Below are positions 12,952 through 26,684 of a stretch of DNA of 64,000 nucleotides, piece after piece. This DNA is from Iphione sp. A-MEVVRFRX5 (taxonomy: Eukaryota). The notes below the pieces were generated by a model. That model was given only the letters and a program-made list of their open reading frames with translations. It did not search any database and had not been told where the DNA came from. Location of the stretch: the NCBI GenBank assembly GCA_976226885.1, contig OZ320317.1, forward strand, positions 42,408,001 through 42,472,000, in the 5' to 3' direction. Position 1 is the first letter of the stretch, and the number at the start of each line of letters is the position of its first letter. The position numbers and the translations under genes are program-made.

Positions 12952-13123
12952 TTGCTTCTCGCGCAGAGGATGGCCTTGACAGCATACACGGGTTCGCGTT
13001 CCTGACCCACCAGGAATATGACGTCACAGAGATCTGGGCATGACGTCAGTGTTTTGAGATCCTCGGAAAGTGCTGTAGTATTGGAAATTGTAGACAATTC
13101 CGACGATGGATGTTCAGAGGGTT
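12952..13123 (-). CDS. gprs: Serine-enriched protein (gprs)-like BTB-BACK gene, first visible coding exon (BTB N-terminal part); not in the ORF track
   Basis: Manual translation gives PSEHPSSELSTISNTTALSEDLKTLTSCPDLCDVIFLVGQEREPVYAVKAILCARSK. This matches the recalled gprs motif LAEDMKFLASMPELCDVTFLVGDTREPVCAVKAVLAARSR. Acceptor is ttcctttgcag (phase 1) and donor is AA|GTATGT (phase 2). No in-frame ATG, so an upstream exon is required. Confidence 0.88.
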
Positions 13124-15040
13124 CTGCAAAGGAATATATTTAGTCAATTAGACTTAGATAAACTGCTTTGTTGATACAGTTAATCATGTAAGTCTGTTAA
13201 TAAAGGGAAAGTTTTCAGTACTATTTGCTACTTCACAGCTGTTCATTTCCAAAAATGTTAGTCACTTTTATAGAATCTTTGCGCATCATTGGACATTATA
13301 GAAACACTATCATTAGAACTTAAAACATTCTAGTCAATTGATCTTGGCAACGATTCTGGTATTGAGACATGATGAAACAAGGCATGCACTGAGTAATCAT
13401 TATACCTTCAAATAATAACTGATAAAGAAGTCTCTTAACATTCTAAAAGCCGCTCTAGCATCTCATACTAAGTTTGTGTTTCCCCATACTGTAAACCCCT
13501 GTAGATTTTCTTTTGGCATATGAAGAAAGCCAAGTTATCCACAGCTTTTTCACCGAAAACTTTTTGCCAAATGTGTGTCACAGGACACTATTTGTGCTCC
13601 TCAGGAACTTCCTAGTCCTCACAGGTTGCAAAGAGGACTGATAATGTAAATGATACGTGCACCCGTCTTAACTTCGGCCCTTCCTCTGGAATACAATATG
13701 ATTATGAATATGAGTATTAAGATTTGCGAAGCTAAAAGGTCACACCTTGCCTTGGAGGGAAAAGAACTCCTTAAAGAGACAAATGTTTAACCATTAGCCC
13801 CGGACCCGGCAATCACTGCAAGAGAATCAGTCCAAAATTGGCGTCATCGGGAGGCCGGTAATGGCGAGCTAGGTAAGGTATGACCGCGAGATGGAGCCAA
13901 CGACGGGTTAAGTGGCCAGCTGATGGGCTCTAGTTCTGACAACGACCGCCAGGAGGTGTTGCTGCTTCTCGCCTTTTAGTAACAGGCTGCAGCTAATACC
14001 GTTCAGCTGACAATAACGATCAAGTACCAGTGAGCGATTGTATTGCATCTAACTGTCTATACGCAGGCCTATTCCATCCTCCCTGGACACAGGGAGAGCC
14101 ACGGGGGTGTTAGAAATCAATAATGCGTTTCATTGGACCCCTTGACTATTTATATTTTACAAATTAGGCTTGTCATCATGTTGAGGCAGGAGCAGCAAGG
14201 AGAACAGTGTTGTTCAGTCACAGAGAAGAGGGCGCAAATGTGGGTTTAAACACCCGACGAAACATTTCGCTCGCGGTTATGTGCCGCTGAGAAGCATACT
14301 GATCAGGACATCACGTGATCGCACCGTAATGCGCTATCTAGGGAGATTTACTCACATCATCAGCCCCTTCTCCTCTGGTCCTTAACGGAAATTCATATAG
14401 GGAGGGACAATATGCATGCTCGTGAAACAGAGGGACATTCACAGAAGCAAAACCGTATTAAGAATATATATTGCGGTCATTATGACGATGGTGAAAGCGG
14501 CGGGAGGATTACTTGTCTGCAGCAGCATACCGTTTGTATTGTTTCGATGTCCTGCTTCTTTAGGTGTCAAGTCAGAACTGTTTTCACGTTTAATGTTTTC
14601 AGACAAAATGCAGCCGTTTTGATGTTAATTTAATAAGCCTTCAGATGGAATTTAGTTATGTTTGAATTATTTTCCTTTGAATACAATCAAGCAATAACTG
14701 CTGACTCTCTGGGAAAGGCCGATCTATCATCACAGTCACGAGCCCATATACATGTGGCTGGGGCTGAGGTTTAGACTATGTATTTATACGAAACCCAATA
14801 AAGAATAGGGACTGAGGGGAGAAAATGGTACCGGTACCGGAATCGTACAAGAAATCCATCATTATGAACAGAAATACTTTTGCAATGCACATACTTATAT
14901 TTTTATTGATGAAATAGTGATTATAGAGGCGATAATAACAATGTGCAGTAAACGGCTATCCACCGTGTGGGAACTTCCAAAACCAATAATTGTTAGTAAT
15001 AAACGTATAGGTCATTTTGAACCTCATTCTGATTAGTGTA

Positions 15041-15350
15041 CAGAGGTTACTCCAAAACCGAACACTCAAAAACCGAATTTTCCCAAATCCGAACAATATT
15101 TCTGGGGACCAAACGTTTTTCTCTAGTTAAATACTCATATAACCGAATGATTCTATCCCAAATCCGAACAATTTTCGGACGAATTTGGGTCATTTTGGGG
15201 TGAATTTTGCTCATTTTTGTCGATTTTCGGATGAATTTGACTCATTTTTGCTGATTTTTGGACGAATTTGGCTCATTTTCGCCGATTTTTGGACGATTTG
15301 GCTCATTTTTGGACGAATTAGGCTCATTTTTGCCAATTTTCGGACGATTA
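15041..15350 (+). mobile_element. TA|CAG-started MITE-like end followed by a ~31-bp internal tandem array
   Basis: Starts TA|CAGAGGTTACTCCA. Segment 15132-15169 matches the reverse complement of 26566-26604 at about 33/39. CTCATTTT recurs at 15210, 15241, 15272, 15302 and 15323. Confidence 0.65.
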
Positions 15351-18300
15351 AAGGTTTAGAGTAGATAACATTCATTATATGATTTATTTGATTATTATAA
15401 GTATGCATGATCGAGGTATAATTTCTATGTATTGTACACACCTCTCAGATCTATCTGGTTATTGCTAGTAGAGCCATGCCCTTGATCCACTTGCAGTGGT
15501 TGTAGAGACAATAAAATCAAACCCTACCGACTGAATGTTTGTCAACTTGAATAGGAATTTAAACATGAATATTTTATTCACTTTTCATCCATATAATTAC
15601 AATGAGATCTTCAAGTGAATCAACTACAAAATTCAGGGTACAAATATCACAGGCTAATGCACACTTCAGCAATACGAATAGGAAATAAGATTTGAATAGG
15701 AAATTAAACGAGCATAAGGAAGACTTATTACACCTAACAATATGTATCCTCAACTAGGCAATGAAGACAACTGGGGATGACAGTCCAAGTTGAATGACAC
15801 AGGAGAACAATACAGTCAATCAACAAGCACAAATACAATACAATCAGAAAGTACAGATGAATATTTAATCGATAACGACAATTTAGTTGCTGTTATGATA
15901 ACATAATTTTAGAATTCAATTAGGAAAACCTGAATACGTCATCAACTAGATGATATATACAGCAAGGAACAAACTCAATATTTTCCTGACTATTCGTAGA
16001 TTGCCTTGTCGAGATGAATCCTGAACCGAATGCAATCATCATGAGCAGAGATGATTCAGTTAACGACTGCATCCTGACTGTAACTGCATATGAATTCATC
16101 TTTTCGGTCGTCAAGTAAATGTGTAGAAAGTTCTGTGCCTATAGTTAGAGTAAGAATTATAAATGAACAAAGTATAATGTAGAAGTGATAAACGTTCATT
16201 GGGACTATTAATAGATATTGCCTCATATAAAACAACGAATATTTTGAACGCAAACTCTGAGACATGGTCACATATGCAATCAAACATTGCGGTTCCAGAG
16301 AACCAGGACTTAAAACGAGTATCTCACATATCCAAATGATTTAACAATAGTAAGAATGTGATGTTGCCTTACACTGTGTTCTAAAAACCTGTTTTCATCA
16401 GTATGATTCGTAGCAAATGGCACATAAGGTTGAGGGTGCAAATTGTGTACTGGTTTCCAGCCAGTCCAGATTCGCTCTTGTGAGTCTGTGTTACGTTTCA
16501 ATAAATGCCAGACTGAAACCTGCCAAAGAAATGTCCTCAGTTCTACTATATTGATGCCGTATTCAAGGAATAGTCACTGGTGGAGGTACAATTCAGATAC
16601 TGTAGGTACGTAGTACAACAGTTTATCACGATACAACATTCTTAGTGAGTGGGAGCTACAGGTCTATAAGAGGTAAATAAGGGGTAACGTCAGTGAGACA
16701 GATTGTAAAGACACCTCTAAAAACAATAATAATTGGATGAAAAAATATACAACAAAGTGCATCTACAGCACTGTGTTGCCCCGCAACTGTAGTCTTGCCA
16801 ATCTTTTAAGACTGTGTTGTTGTTCAGATGAAAGAGTCATTAAATGTGTTGAGATCGTTCTTCTATTAGTGGTTCAAAAGGCAAATGTAAGGAAGCCTCC
16901 CTTGTAGAGGAACTTAAAAGAAATGTATCATTAGATTTAGTATTACAGTGCAGTGAGTATATGTCTGCGTTGCATGTCATACCAGCCAGGGAACGAAGAG
17001 ACAATAAGTATCCATATGAAATATGGAGCTACAGATCTTTAAAAGAGTGAACCTGTTTAGAGAACATGAGAATACGCGATACACATTATTTTTATATGGT
17101 TCTATTTGATATAAACGCTAACAACCACACACAGTCAGCCATATTTACACACACATACAGACACTACACGCGACACACACACCATACGCACTACTCAGGA
17201 CCTGTCATGCCGCTGTCCGTTAAGGATGCTGTTTAATGATTTGATCATGAATACCGGTGTTTTGATGAATCAGGCGAATTTATAATATTGTTTGGGTAAA
17301 ATTTGATTAAATATTCAACAAATTGTTTCCAGTTTTTTTTTTCCGACAAACGTCAGGGACAAATTGGGAAATTTTCAAATAATCAGGTTTGGATAAACGG
17401 GAAGTTTCTTTCAATCTGCCATCTTATCAGACGTCGAATCTTTCAATATTTAATCAAGATTTTTCTCCTATTGTGCAAAGGGAAAAATATGATTGAGTAT
17501 GCATCCTGCGCTGTTTATTTTAAAAAACGCACTTTTACTTCTGTAGATTTCCGTCTAGTCCTTTGAAGATGGATAAATCAAATAGTGTGCATTCATCATC
17601 AGTGACATATTAATTGCTTTGGATTGGTTGTACTTTACTGCGCAATCTCTCCGGAAAATGCCAATAATTCAGTGGTGTCTGCAGTTTGTTGCAAGAGCGC
17701 AAATATATCAGTTGTGGAGATTCTGCGCATAGATGTAGATGCAAATTTAGATTTATCCATCGATACAAAGAAATGTATGTAGAAAGATTGATACATATAT
17801 TACCTCGCCTATGTTTGATAGACTGCGGTCTTCATAGTAAACGTTGTTCAGATGAAAGTTAATTCATCAATTGGATTGAAAGTTAACTTATTATAATTGG
17901 ATTGACAACACTTTCAAACTAAGTGGGATAGGTCACCTGTTAAATATCAGCTAAAAGACTTATAACCGAAAACAAACGATATAGTTTATAATACAACGTC
18001 AATTATTCAAAATGTCTATCCTAAGATCACTTCTCAGAAGGGCGTCTGGTGTAGCCTTTTTCTTGGACCATGCCTCTGAGTTCCTCAGAATCGAAGCCTT
18101 TAGATAGATGCTGCAAAGCCAACATTCATTTCGACGCTTTTTTCAAATACGAGCTTTTACTTTTTGAATATCAACCGATTGTGACTAGCCAGTAGAAAAT
18201 GTTAAGATACTGAACGTTTAGCATGCAGTCCGAGAGCCCAGGTCAGTTTTACGACAACATGTATTTGTCATAACATTTTTGCTTCTGAAGTGTCAGTGTT

Positions 18301-19476
18301 TATCAGGTGTGAGAAGTGTGTATATCTATGTGTCTGAGATGGTGATATCTGTGTGCTTACCTAGACACGTTCCTGCTCGTATGTGCCTATGAATGTATGT
18401 TAGCGTCGGTATATGTGTTTATAGGTTTCAATATGGAGCTTATTACCGAACTTAATAAACACTCTGTATATCTTGTCAATTTTACTGGTTCATGCTAATA
18501 TGCAGAATATCTTGTTTCGCCTGCTGGAAGAAATTAAATGAAGTTTCAATAACTTGCAGTCCGCCAGCTATCCATGTGTTAATAATGAAATACAATACAA
18601 TAGAAGCATACATTTTCGTCATTTCTAAGGTATTGGGAAAGAGATTGATAGAACAGGAGGTGAGGAAAGAACAGCATACTTCGTTGTCGGGGATGCTGTA
18701 AAGCATATCAAAGAATGTAGTGAGCTTTTTTACAGATATATTTATTTATTGACTTAAAAGGCCTAATTATGCAGTTTTAACATGACTTTACTTACCGTTG
18801 CATTATAATAAGGTCATTGGGACCTAGCGATAGAGATGTGAACTAAGATGATATCAAACCAAAACGATCTTTGCTCTAGTTTTGTGTGATTTTTTTTTTC
18901 GTGCAATATTTCATTAAAAATATTTCAGTTTTATTTATGGCTTTCATCAACATTATTTTTTCTGTTCTATAGTCAAATCTATAAAACGATGCTACCATGC
19001 TAGACTCTTCGATATTTGCCAAAGGATAATGTTATTGTATTGTACTTTACCCTTTTGCGATGATTTCACAGGTATGTTATTTATTATGTTATAGATAAAG
19101 ACAAAAACATGAAAAAACTAAAATAATTGTAATTTTTGTATGTATTGACAAAGTTCTTATTAATATGACATCGAACTATTTTTTAATATTTGGAGTGGTT
19201 GTTATTAATTTGGAGATTGCAAAATTGCAAAAATATATATTTTACTGTTATTTATCAGCTGGTGTCATTATGTACACCTTGATAATTGCACTAGGTGATA
19301 TTATTGTAATATTATGGTTATTCCACTTTTAACTATTTTGTAAGAGCCGACATCACCTAAGATGTCTGATTTCAGCAGCAATTCAGACCTGGAGGAGGAT
19401 AACCTTCCTATTTCTAGAATTAAACTCTTGGACCAAGGCGCTGGGGATGGTGTCATTGAGGGGGGCAGAGGAACCA

Positions 19477-19644
19477 CCAGTGTTGTGTTTCCCCTGTAAC
19501 CTGTGTAGGTGTTCGCTCCTTGTTGTGTGCCCCCTGTAACCTTCTGTAGAGGTGTCTGTTCCCTGTTGTGTGTCCCCTGTAACCTTCTGTAAAGGTCTCT
19601 GTTCCCTGTTGTGTGTCCCATGTAACGTTCTGTAGAGGTCTGTT
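19477..19644. repeat. Minisatellite, 43-bp unit, about 4 copies
   Basis: CCYTGTTGTGTGYCCCCTGTAACCTTCTGTAGAGG units start at 19518, 19561 and 19604, with a more diverged first copy. Confidence 0.9.
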
Positions 19645-21279
19645 ACCTGGGCATAACCCTACAGAGAGAGAGAGCAATAGAGAGAGAAGAGAGAGGGATA
19701 GAGAGAGGGGAGGGGGCTCCTCATGTGCTTATCCAAACGATGCGAATATTTGGCATACAGCCACACACTCATTACGTATCTATCAAATTACATACATGCA
19801 AGTACATATAGACATTCTATAATGGTTCAATTGTTTGATGCCAGAGCTTGTGTTAATAATTGACCCCTGGGTACCATGCACTACAGATCATTTATGAGAA
19901 AACTCAAAACAGGAAAAGTCAGACAAGTTTGAAGCGTACGGCGATTCCTTCACAGCAAATCAGATATACTGATTAGAATTACAGAGTTACATTTCCACGA
20001 CGGTCAGTTTTGACACTATTTATCAAAACGATGACCTAATATCGGGTACAGGATTTGAGAGGGGTGCTGTTACAATTGGTTTCTATACAAAACATTATGC
20101 CAATAGAGCATCAATAAGCAAAATTATTCCTTTTCATTTAGAGTAGGGAAAGAGAGGTGAAGATAAAGGAGGATCGGAAAAGATTTCGGGGAGGGTCAGG
20201 ATGGAAGAAAATTAGTAAAACAGCGAAATGTGCACTGACTTAAAGCTTGTGAGAGGTGGATTAACATTATCCCAGGTACAAAGACATCAGTCTCTGCTAT
20301 CAGCTCTCCTTCAACCTGGTTAGCAGTGTTCGCGTGTGGTTTTAATCTGGCCGTGAAATATGACACTGGACACGACATGGGAGCTTCCCGGGAAACTACA
20401 GGCTCAGTTTTAATGCCGCCTTCCCGAAGGATCAGTGGGTGCACCCACAAGTGGTCGTGGAGGCGGCTCAGCTGGGATCAACCACAGGGCGGGAGGGTGG
20501 ATGATAAACAGCAGGGTGGAAGTGGAGGGTCGAGGTAAGAGAAAGGGGTGAACGGAGAAGGTAGGGAATGTAAACAAGAGTGAAAGGGTGTAGAAGGATT
20601 TAAGGTTTTAGGAAAGGGGAAATAATAATATTTCAAGATGTTCATGTCACTTCTACTTGGTCAGGTTCGTATACTACTTTTTATCTCTGCAATATGGTTT
20701 TACGTGTTGTGCAAAAGATACCTACAGAACCAAAATTAATTGTTTGATTTATTGATTGATTTATTCATATCTCCATTTGACATCAAATTCTCTCAGTGCA
20801 TAGGAAAGTATCACTAATTCGAGTTAATCAAACGGCAATTGATAAACAAGATGATTTCCTGTCAGTCAAACCTGTCCTGGTCCTAATATGTGCTCTATTA
20901 CTGAAATGTCCATCGCTTAAAGTTCCTGTTTAATTTAATCAACTCAGTTTGATATGTCCTACTGTCTGCACACGTCCTCGGTGTCATTTATAAGTCGTTT
21001 AATGATTGAAGTTCTGTGCAGTAGAAAGATTGTATGAATTGTCTCATATGTGGCCTTGGGAAATCTAGATGGATAGTTGGTTTACCTTCAGGTCGTTTTG
21101 TGCCAAGGTCTAGGAGGAAAAATTTGTGCACACTGGATGTTTTTGAAAAGTGTTCTCCATGTCAGTTCATCTGCACTATTTTTTCGTTTAAGTTTACTTG
21201 TGACTTAGTATCCTTTTTAACGCATCATGGAATTCTTTTTTTAATTCATTTCCCTGTTTGGAGCCTCTCAGCATGAAAT

Positions 21280-21830
21280 ATAGACAGTCAAAGATGGGAC
21301 AAATAAATGCTTTGAATAATCGAATTCTGTATATGAATGATATACCTTACCATTTGGAGAGGTAATAGCTTCTTCAAAGGATACACCTTTACAAACTGTT
21401 ATGTATACAGTTTTTCTTTCACTGATCACCAGTCCATTCTGCTTAGTCCAGCTAACAATGTTTTTGGTTCATTTGGAGTTTGAAATAGAGGGTCATTAGA
21501 TTGGTTGTAGAAGATATGGTCACATCGTCTGTATGGAGGAGGATCAGCGTTTTGACAATTAGGGAGGCTGGGAGGCCATTGATTAGACAGTGTGAAGAGC
21601 AGAAGCCCCTTAGGCTTCCCTGCTAACCAATTCGACTGCTGATTTTTGCCCATTACATGGTCTACACTGTCTTCTGGCCTTTAAATATCATGTAACCAGA
21701 TTCAATATTGATTGTACATAATGCTCCTACATTTGACAATTTTAATTATTATACCGTGATGGACAACATCAAATGCTTTGACATGTCTGCTAGTATTCAA
21801 CAAAGTTGTTTATCATTTTCAATAGCTTTA
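21280..21830 (-). pseudogene. Decayed non-LTR retrotransposon reverse transcriptase fragment
   Basis: Frameshifted RT motifs occur in the expected order: ADMS/KAFDVVH, a PQG-like remnant, HTDD (YADD-like), then SWTKQNGLVISERKT. Confidence 0.6.
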
Positions 21831-21946
21831 TTTTACCCTAAGGAACCATCCTTCTGCTGATGTTGCTCAGATAAAGAGAATTCTGTGGCACTGAGATGTA
21901 TTGACAGCTGCTTAAAAAGCAATGTCAAATAATTTCTTCTTAACTA

Positions 21947-23530
21947 CAGACAAACCTCATTTTCCAGAGTACCTCAGGATATCGATATCTTGTCCAGATG
22001 ACGAATTATCCAGAATGCGAAGAAGGCACTCATGTGTCTCCTGGAGGGGAAAACTGTCATAATCGTAAAGTATGGGAACCTAATCGATATTGAACTATAG
22101 TATTGGTTATCAATCTATATTGATTTTAAAGGCTTCCCATGCATCTCCTGGTGGGAAAAACTGTCATAATAGTAAAATATCGATGTTATTTTTAAACTAT
22201 AATGATTTTTATGAAGTTCTGAAAAATCATGAGACATTCAATTTCAGTTAGGGATAAGGGTATTTATTGTTGTCAGGAACAGATTACACATGTAATGTTT
22301 ATGCAAAAGTGCTAAACGACAATAAGTAACAAAATGGTGAAAGAAAAAAACTAAAAAAAAATAAAACATATGCATCAGACAGTACTAACAATCATTTTGC
22401 CCTGAAAAAGTCCTTGATAACAGTTTGTCTTGCCCTTTTGTGTGACTTGTGTGTTCTCTCCAAGAGGCATCTGGGGAATTGAACTCCAGGAAGGTCTTGT
22501 TGTTTTTCACACACCCAAAAGATCTACTGATCTTGTTACTTCTTTGAGTGTGATTGGAGGTGGGGTAACATCTTCAGTGTCATCTCTTGTCACCTGGGAC
22601 TCTGTCACCTCAGACTCTATTACCAGACTAAGGATTGCCTCATCAGTCATTTCAGCCTCAGCATCCAGTTGGTTGTAGTCTTCAGCTGACATGAATGGTT
22701 GCCAATTTTCACTGAGCATTGCCTGCAGAAGTGTCTGCAGCTCAGACAAGGGCATCTCATCTTCATCTGAGTAGTCTTCCTCAGATGTGGTCATCCCAGG
22801 CAGGATCTGGACATGGTCCCAGCACTTCTTGATTGTTGTCTGAGTGACCAATGCCCAGGCCTCATGAAGCATCAAGATGACCATTCTCAAGTCAGTGGCC
22901 ATGGGTTTATCTCTGTCCAAGCAGTCTAGGTAGTATCTTAACATCTTCCTGTATTTATCTTTGAAAGAGGCAATCATTCCATCATCAAGTGGTTGGATGT
23001 GTGAAGTTGTATCAGGGGGAAGAAATTTAATGGTCAAGTTTGAGAATGTGCTTTTGTGGGTCCGGCATTGTCACAGAGCAATAGATAGCAATGACCTTGT
23101 CCCTTTGCTCGTTGATTGAGCATCTGTAGGTAGTCGACCTACATGGTCGATGTCATCCACACCTTCTGGTTATTCCTATAGTGACAGTGCATTCCCGGAT
23201 CAAAGCCCCTGGAGAAACATCTACGTTTTGCTGATTTCCCAATCACCATAGGCCTAATTTTGTCTGTCCCGGTGGCATTACATGCCAACATGACAATGAT
23301 GTGATTCATGATTTTTTTCTCTCCCTTGACTGGCCCAGTTGCCAGGGTTGAGGTTGGCTTGAGCCTATAGAATAGGACCGTTTCATCTACGTTGTAGATA
23401 TCATCAGGATCAAATCCCACCAGCTGTTCCTGGAGGGCTGCATGACCCTCCTGAACTTGGTCGAGATTGACTGATGCAGCCTCTCCATGTTGTCTGAAGC
23501 ATTACCCATTTTGCTTACAGAACTTGGCTA
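21947..23530 (-). mobile_element. 5'-truncated, decayed Tigger/pogo (CENP-B-like DDE_1) DNA transposon
   Basis: Motifs are RQHGEAASV, DIYNVDETVLFYRLKPTSTLA, MLACNATGTDKIRPMVIGKS, WMTS, CDNA and FLPPDTTSHIQPLDDGMIASFK, with stops and frameshifts between the ORFs. Terminal TA|CAGACAAACCTC at 21947. Subterminal 33-bp direct repeats at 22037 and 22144. Confidence 0.88.
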
Positions 23531-26164
23531 TGTTTATATTGTACACATCCTCTGTCTGCTTGAACTGCTTTATGAAATATACCCCAATCCTCAAAAAAAG
23601 CCTAAAATAAATTTATATATTGACTTTGCAAATGATGAAATAGAAATGGACATATAATAAGTTTATAACTGGGTATGGTGGGTGGCATGTCTGAAATATT
23701 TCCAAAACAAGTTTCTAGTGGACATTTGTGTTTTTGAATCAAGCCTTTTGGTTACCTGTCCATGCCGGTGTCTCAGCACACTATAGTGGTTTGTATACCC
23801 TCTTACATGCAGAATTGGATGTACTCAACTAGTGCAATGTAAGCTTGTTCTCCGATAAGGAAGGCAATTTGAAATTATAACAATAATCATAAAAATATGG
23901 TTCATTCCAAATGCAGAACAATGGTCTGCTGAAGTGGAACTCTCTCAGAGTACAATTGAGAGAATGTATGTTTATTCAATGGAAAATAGAATCTTATATA
24001 CTCTTAAGACAAGTCATATGATACCATGATTACATAAGAGCATCTAAAAATAGTAACTGTCTAGACAACTGTCTGAACTCCTGCAACCTTCCTGATTCAT
24101 CACTCCATTAAAGTTATCAGAGTGGTTACCAGAGTTACCAGAGTAACCACTAACCACTCTTACCCAATGTCTAGACACCAGATAATGTAATAACGATCAA
24201 CTCCGATGTATATTCTTAGCTTACACTTCAACCATGTGGGAGGGAACTAGTGGATGGCAGACATGTCTCTGCTACACTTGTTCAAATGTCAGTTACAGAT
24301 AGCTGAATAGGTAACAGAATTCTCCCTTTTAGTGGCCTTTTGTGAATCACTACTTAAAGTGTTTGGTAAGCATGCATTTTAAAAGAACATTGCCATTACA
24401 ATTTGTATTCTGCAATCTTAAGGAAGAACTGACTTTATTCTTTTGAAAGTTACACTAGTCTTGATCTTTTGTGTATTTCGTTTTCATAGAACATTATTGA
24501 TAGTGAATATAATGCATGTATTTTCGCACGTATATTGACTGCTTATTGCAATCATCAAGTATTTTGCCTACTACGTTTCCCCTGGAAACTTAATCGTAAC
24601 TCACACCTAACTTGTACCTTGTTAGAGCAAATATGTGACAACAATACCCCGTGCACGCCTCTGGCCATCACTGTTATATTCCTATCATGTACATTAATAG
24701 GTACTTACCTTTATACTTGCTTACACAAAACGATGTTTCACTGTCAAACACGTAGTAGCATCTAATCCTTGAGCTAAGCTTGTTAACAACACATCTGTAA
24801 CCCATGGAATACTAATGACGTATTCTTCCCGTGAACAAATATATGAAAATATGAGGACCGAAAGGGAGGGTGCAGGAAAGAGTGCGTGTAGATGGAGGCA
24901 GGAGTTTAGGCGGAAAAAATGGAAGGCAGGGAGAGAATGGAAAGAGGAGAGATAGAATAGACCCTTTACTCTTCCTTTCTCCTTCTCTCCTCTATCTTAC
25001 CTTCGCACTTTCCAACTCCAATACTCGCTGCTGTTATTCTCAATCTCAGTCCCTCTCTTTATCTATTCGTCCCTCCCTTTCGATATCTTCCTCCGGCTGG
25101 ATCAGCTTCTCTCTTTGATGAAAGCTTTAGGGTACTACATAATATGTACCCTTCAATTGGCATATTACCAATATTCCTTACCTGCCTGAGGCCATAATCT
25201 TAATATATCCTCAGTTAAGTATACTCTATGGGAAATCCGCATTAAAACGGGAGTATATACAATAGAAGAATATTGCTGAATTGGGCTGTTAAATCTGCAT
25301 TATAGTCCCATTAGTGGTCGCATTAGTATGCTTTTACTGTACACTCGTTATACCAAGTAATACTGTTTTTATGTGAGATAACCTTCCATTACTGCTGACC
25401 CTAAACGACATCGCCAACGTTCCTCTTCACCCCTGCCCTCTAGTGGCTGAAGCACTTGGTACCTGTTCTCACTAGAGGTGGATGGGTGGTGGGTAGAGGG
25501 ACATTCCCCTGTGTATGCATCATCATCGGTCACATGACGTCTTCCTGAGTCTGATGGTAGCTCCCGGCCCTAAGTGGCCTACACAGACGGCTCTACATCA
25601 CTGTATGAAATCATAAAACCGATACAACGACCCTGTGTCTGCGTATTCGATTTAGAACGTGCTTGTGAAACTTTAATCTCCGTAAGGCCCGCACAAAAGC
25701 AACCGTTTTGTATTGGAAATTGTGTTCAAAAAGTATTTTTCCCTTGGTACCTAATATTGTATGACCTGCAATATCATGCGATATAGATCAGGCTTTACTT
25801 GAAAGATTAGAGTCTGGGCTTGGGCTCAATGACATTCATACTAGCCATTTCCCTTGTTTAACCTAGTCCACACTAACAAATTACTCGTCTCTAATTAGAT
25901 TAAACAGCTCATCAGCTTCAGTGTGAATATTAGAATATTAGAAGCATAAAGACATGCCGCAGCATGTGCTGTTATTCTATATTTAGTTGCAACTTGAAAA
26001 CTGAAGGATCGTCGTTTTTCATTCGGCTTTCGGATTCTTTTGATTTTGAATTGATGCAAAGTTAGCTAAAGAATTGGTAGAAAACAGTGACATTCCTGCA
26101 AATTTGGCTAAAAATTGCCAGTTTCATACACATTCCACTGAAATTCATGGTGGAGATTGGAGCC

Positions 26165-26470
26165 TGGAGGAGGTGCGAACTTCTCAATCAACAGCTAACG
26201 CTTTAGTCTGCACAATGGCAGGGAGCTCTGGGAGGAGGCACAACCTCTTCAATGAGTAGCTGTCCCTTTGAAAGGCCAAAGGGTGGGGAAAGACGGAAAG
26301 AGTCACAAAATCTTCAATCAGCAACCATCCTTTTGAAAGGTTGCAGGTTGGGGAACAGTGGGGACACGTGGAGGAAGGCACAAATTCTTCAATGATTAGC
26401 CATCCTTTTGAAAGGCTGGAGGGTGGGGTGTTGTGGGGAAAACCTAGAGGAGGTGCAAACTCCTCCATCT
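26165..26470. repeat. Diverged minisatellite, units of about 65-75 bp, ~5 copies
   Basis: GGAGGAGG...TCTTCAAT...CCTTTTGAAAGG...GGGTGGGG recurs. Anchors are at about 26180, 26246, 26311, 26386 and 26460. Confidence 0.8.
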
Positions 26471-26565
26471 ACATCTAACCCTTTGACATTCACAACAGCG
26501 TGAATGCCTAGGGGAAGTATTCAGTGTTTGCATATGAATATAGTGTTTTTTCATCAAATAATAGC

Positions 26566-26684
26566 GTTCGGATTTGGAAATGGAGTCATTTGGTTATCTG
26601 AGTATGTAAAGTGAAATATGATTTATTCCAGCAAAATTCAGTGTCAGATCTTCGTTTTTGAGTGGAGATATGGAGTCCCAACTG
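26566..26684 (-). mobile_element. Second copy (terminus) of the MITE family at 15041
   Basis: Reverse complement begins TA|CAGTTGGGACTCCA...CACTCAAAAAC and contains TACTCAGATAACCAAATGACTCCATTTCCAAATCCGAAC. Confidence 0.6.

Noticed and set aside
14290-14370. CUGAUGA hammerhead-like core on the minus strand (also 2915-2950 and 25880-25920)
   Set aside because: No correctly placed GAAA or stems II/III.
15170-15350. CRISPR-like appearance of short periodic repeats (also 19477-19644)
   Set aside because: The units are contiguous with no unique spacers, there are no cas genes and the context is eukaryotic.
24860-25110. Purine tract abutting a pyrimidine tract (possible triplex or foldback)
   Set aside because: Low-complexity R/Y tracts are common throughout the window, and there is no precise mirror or inverted match.
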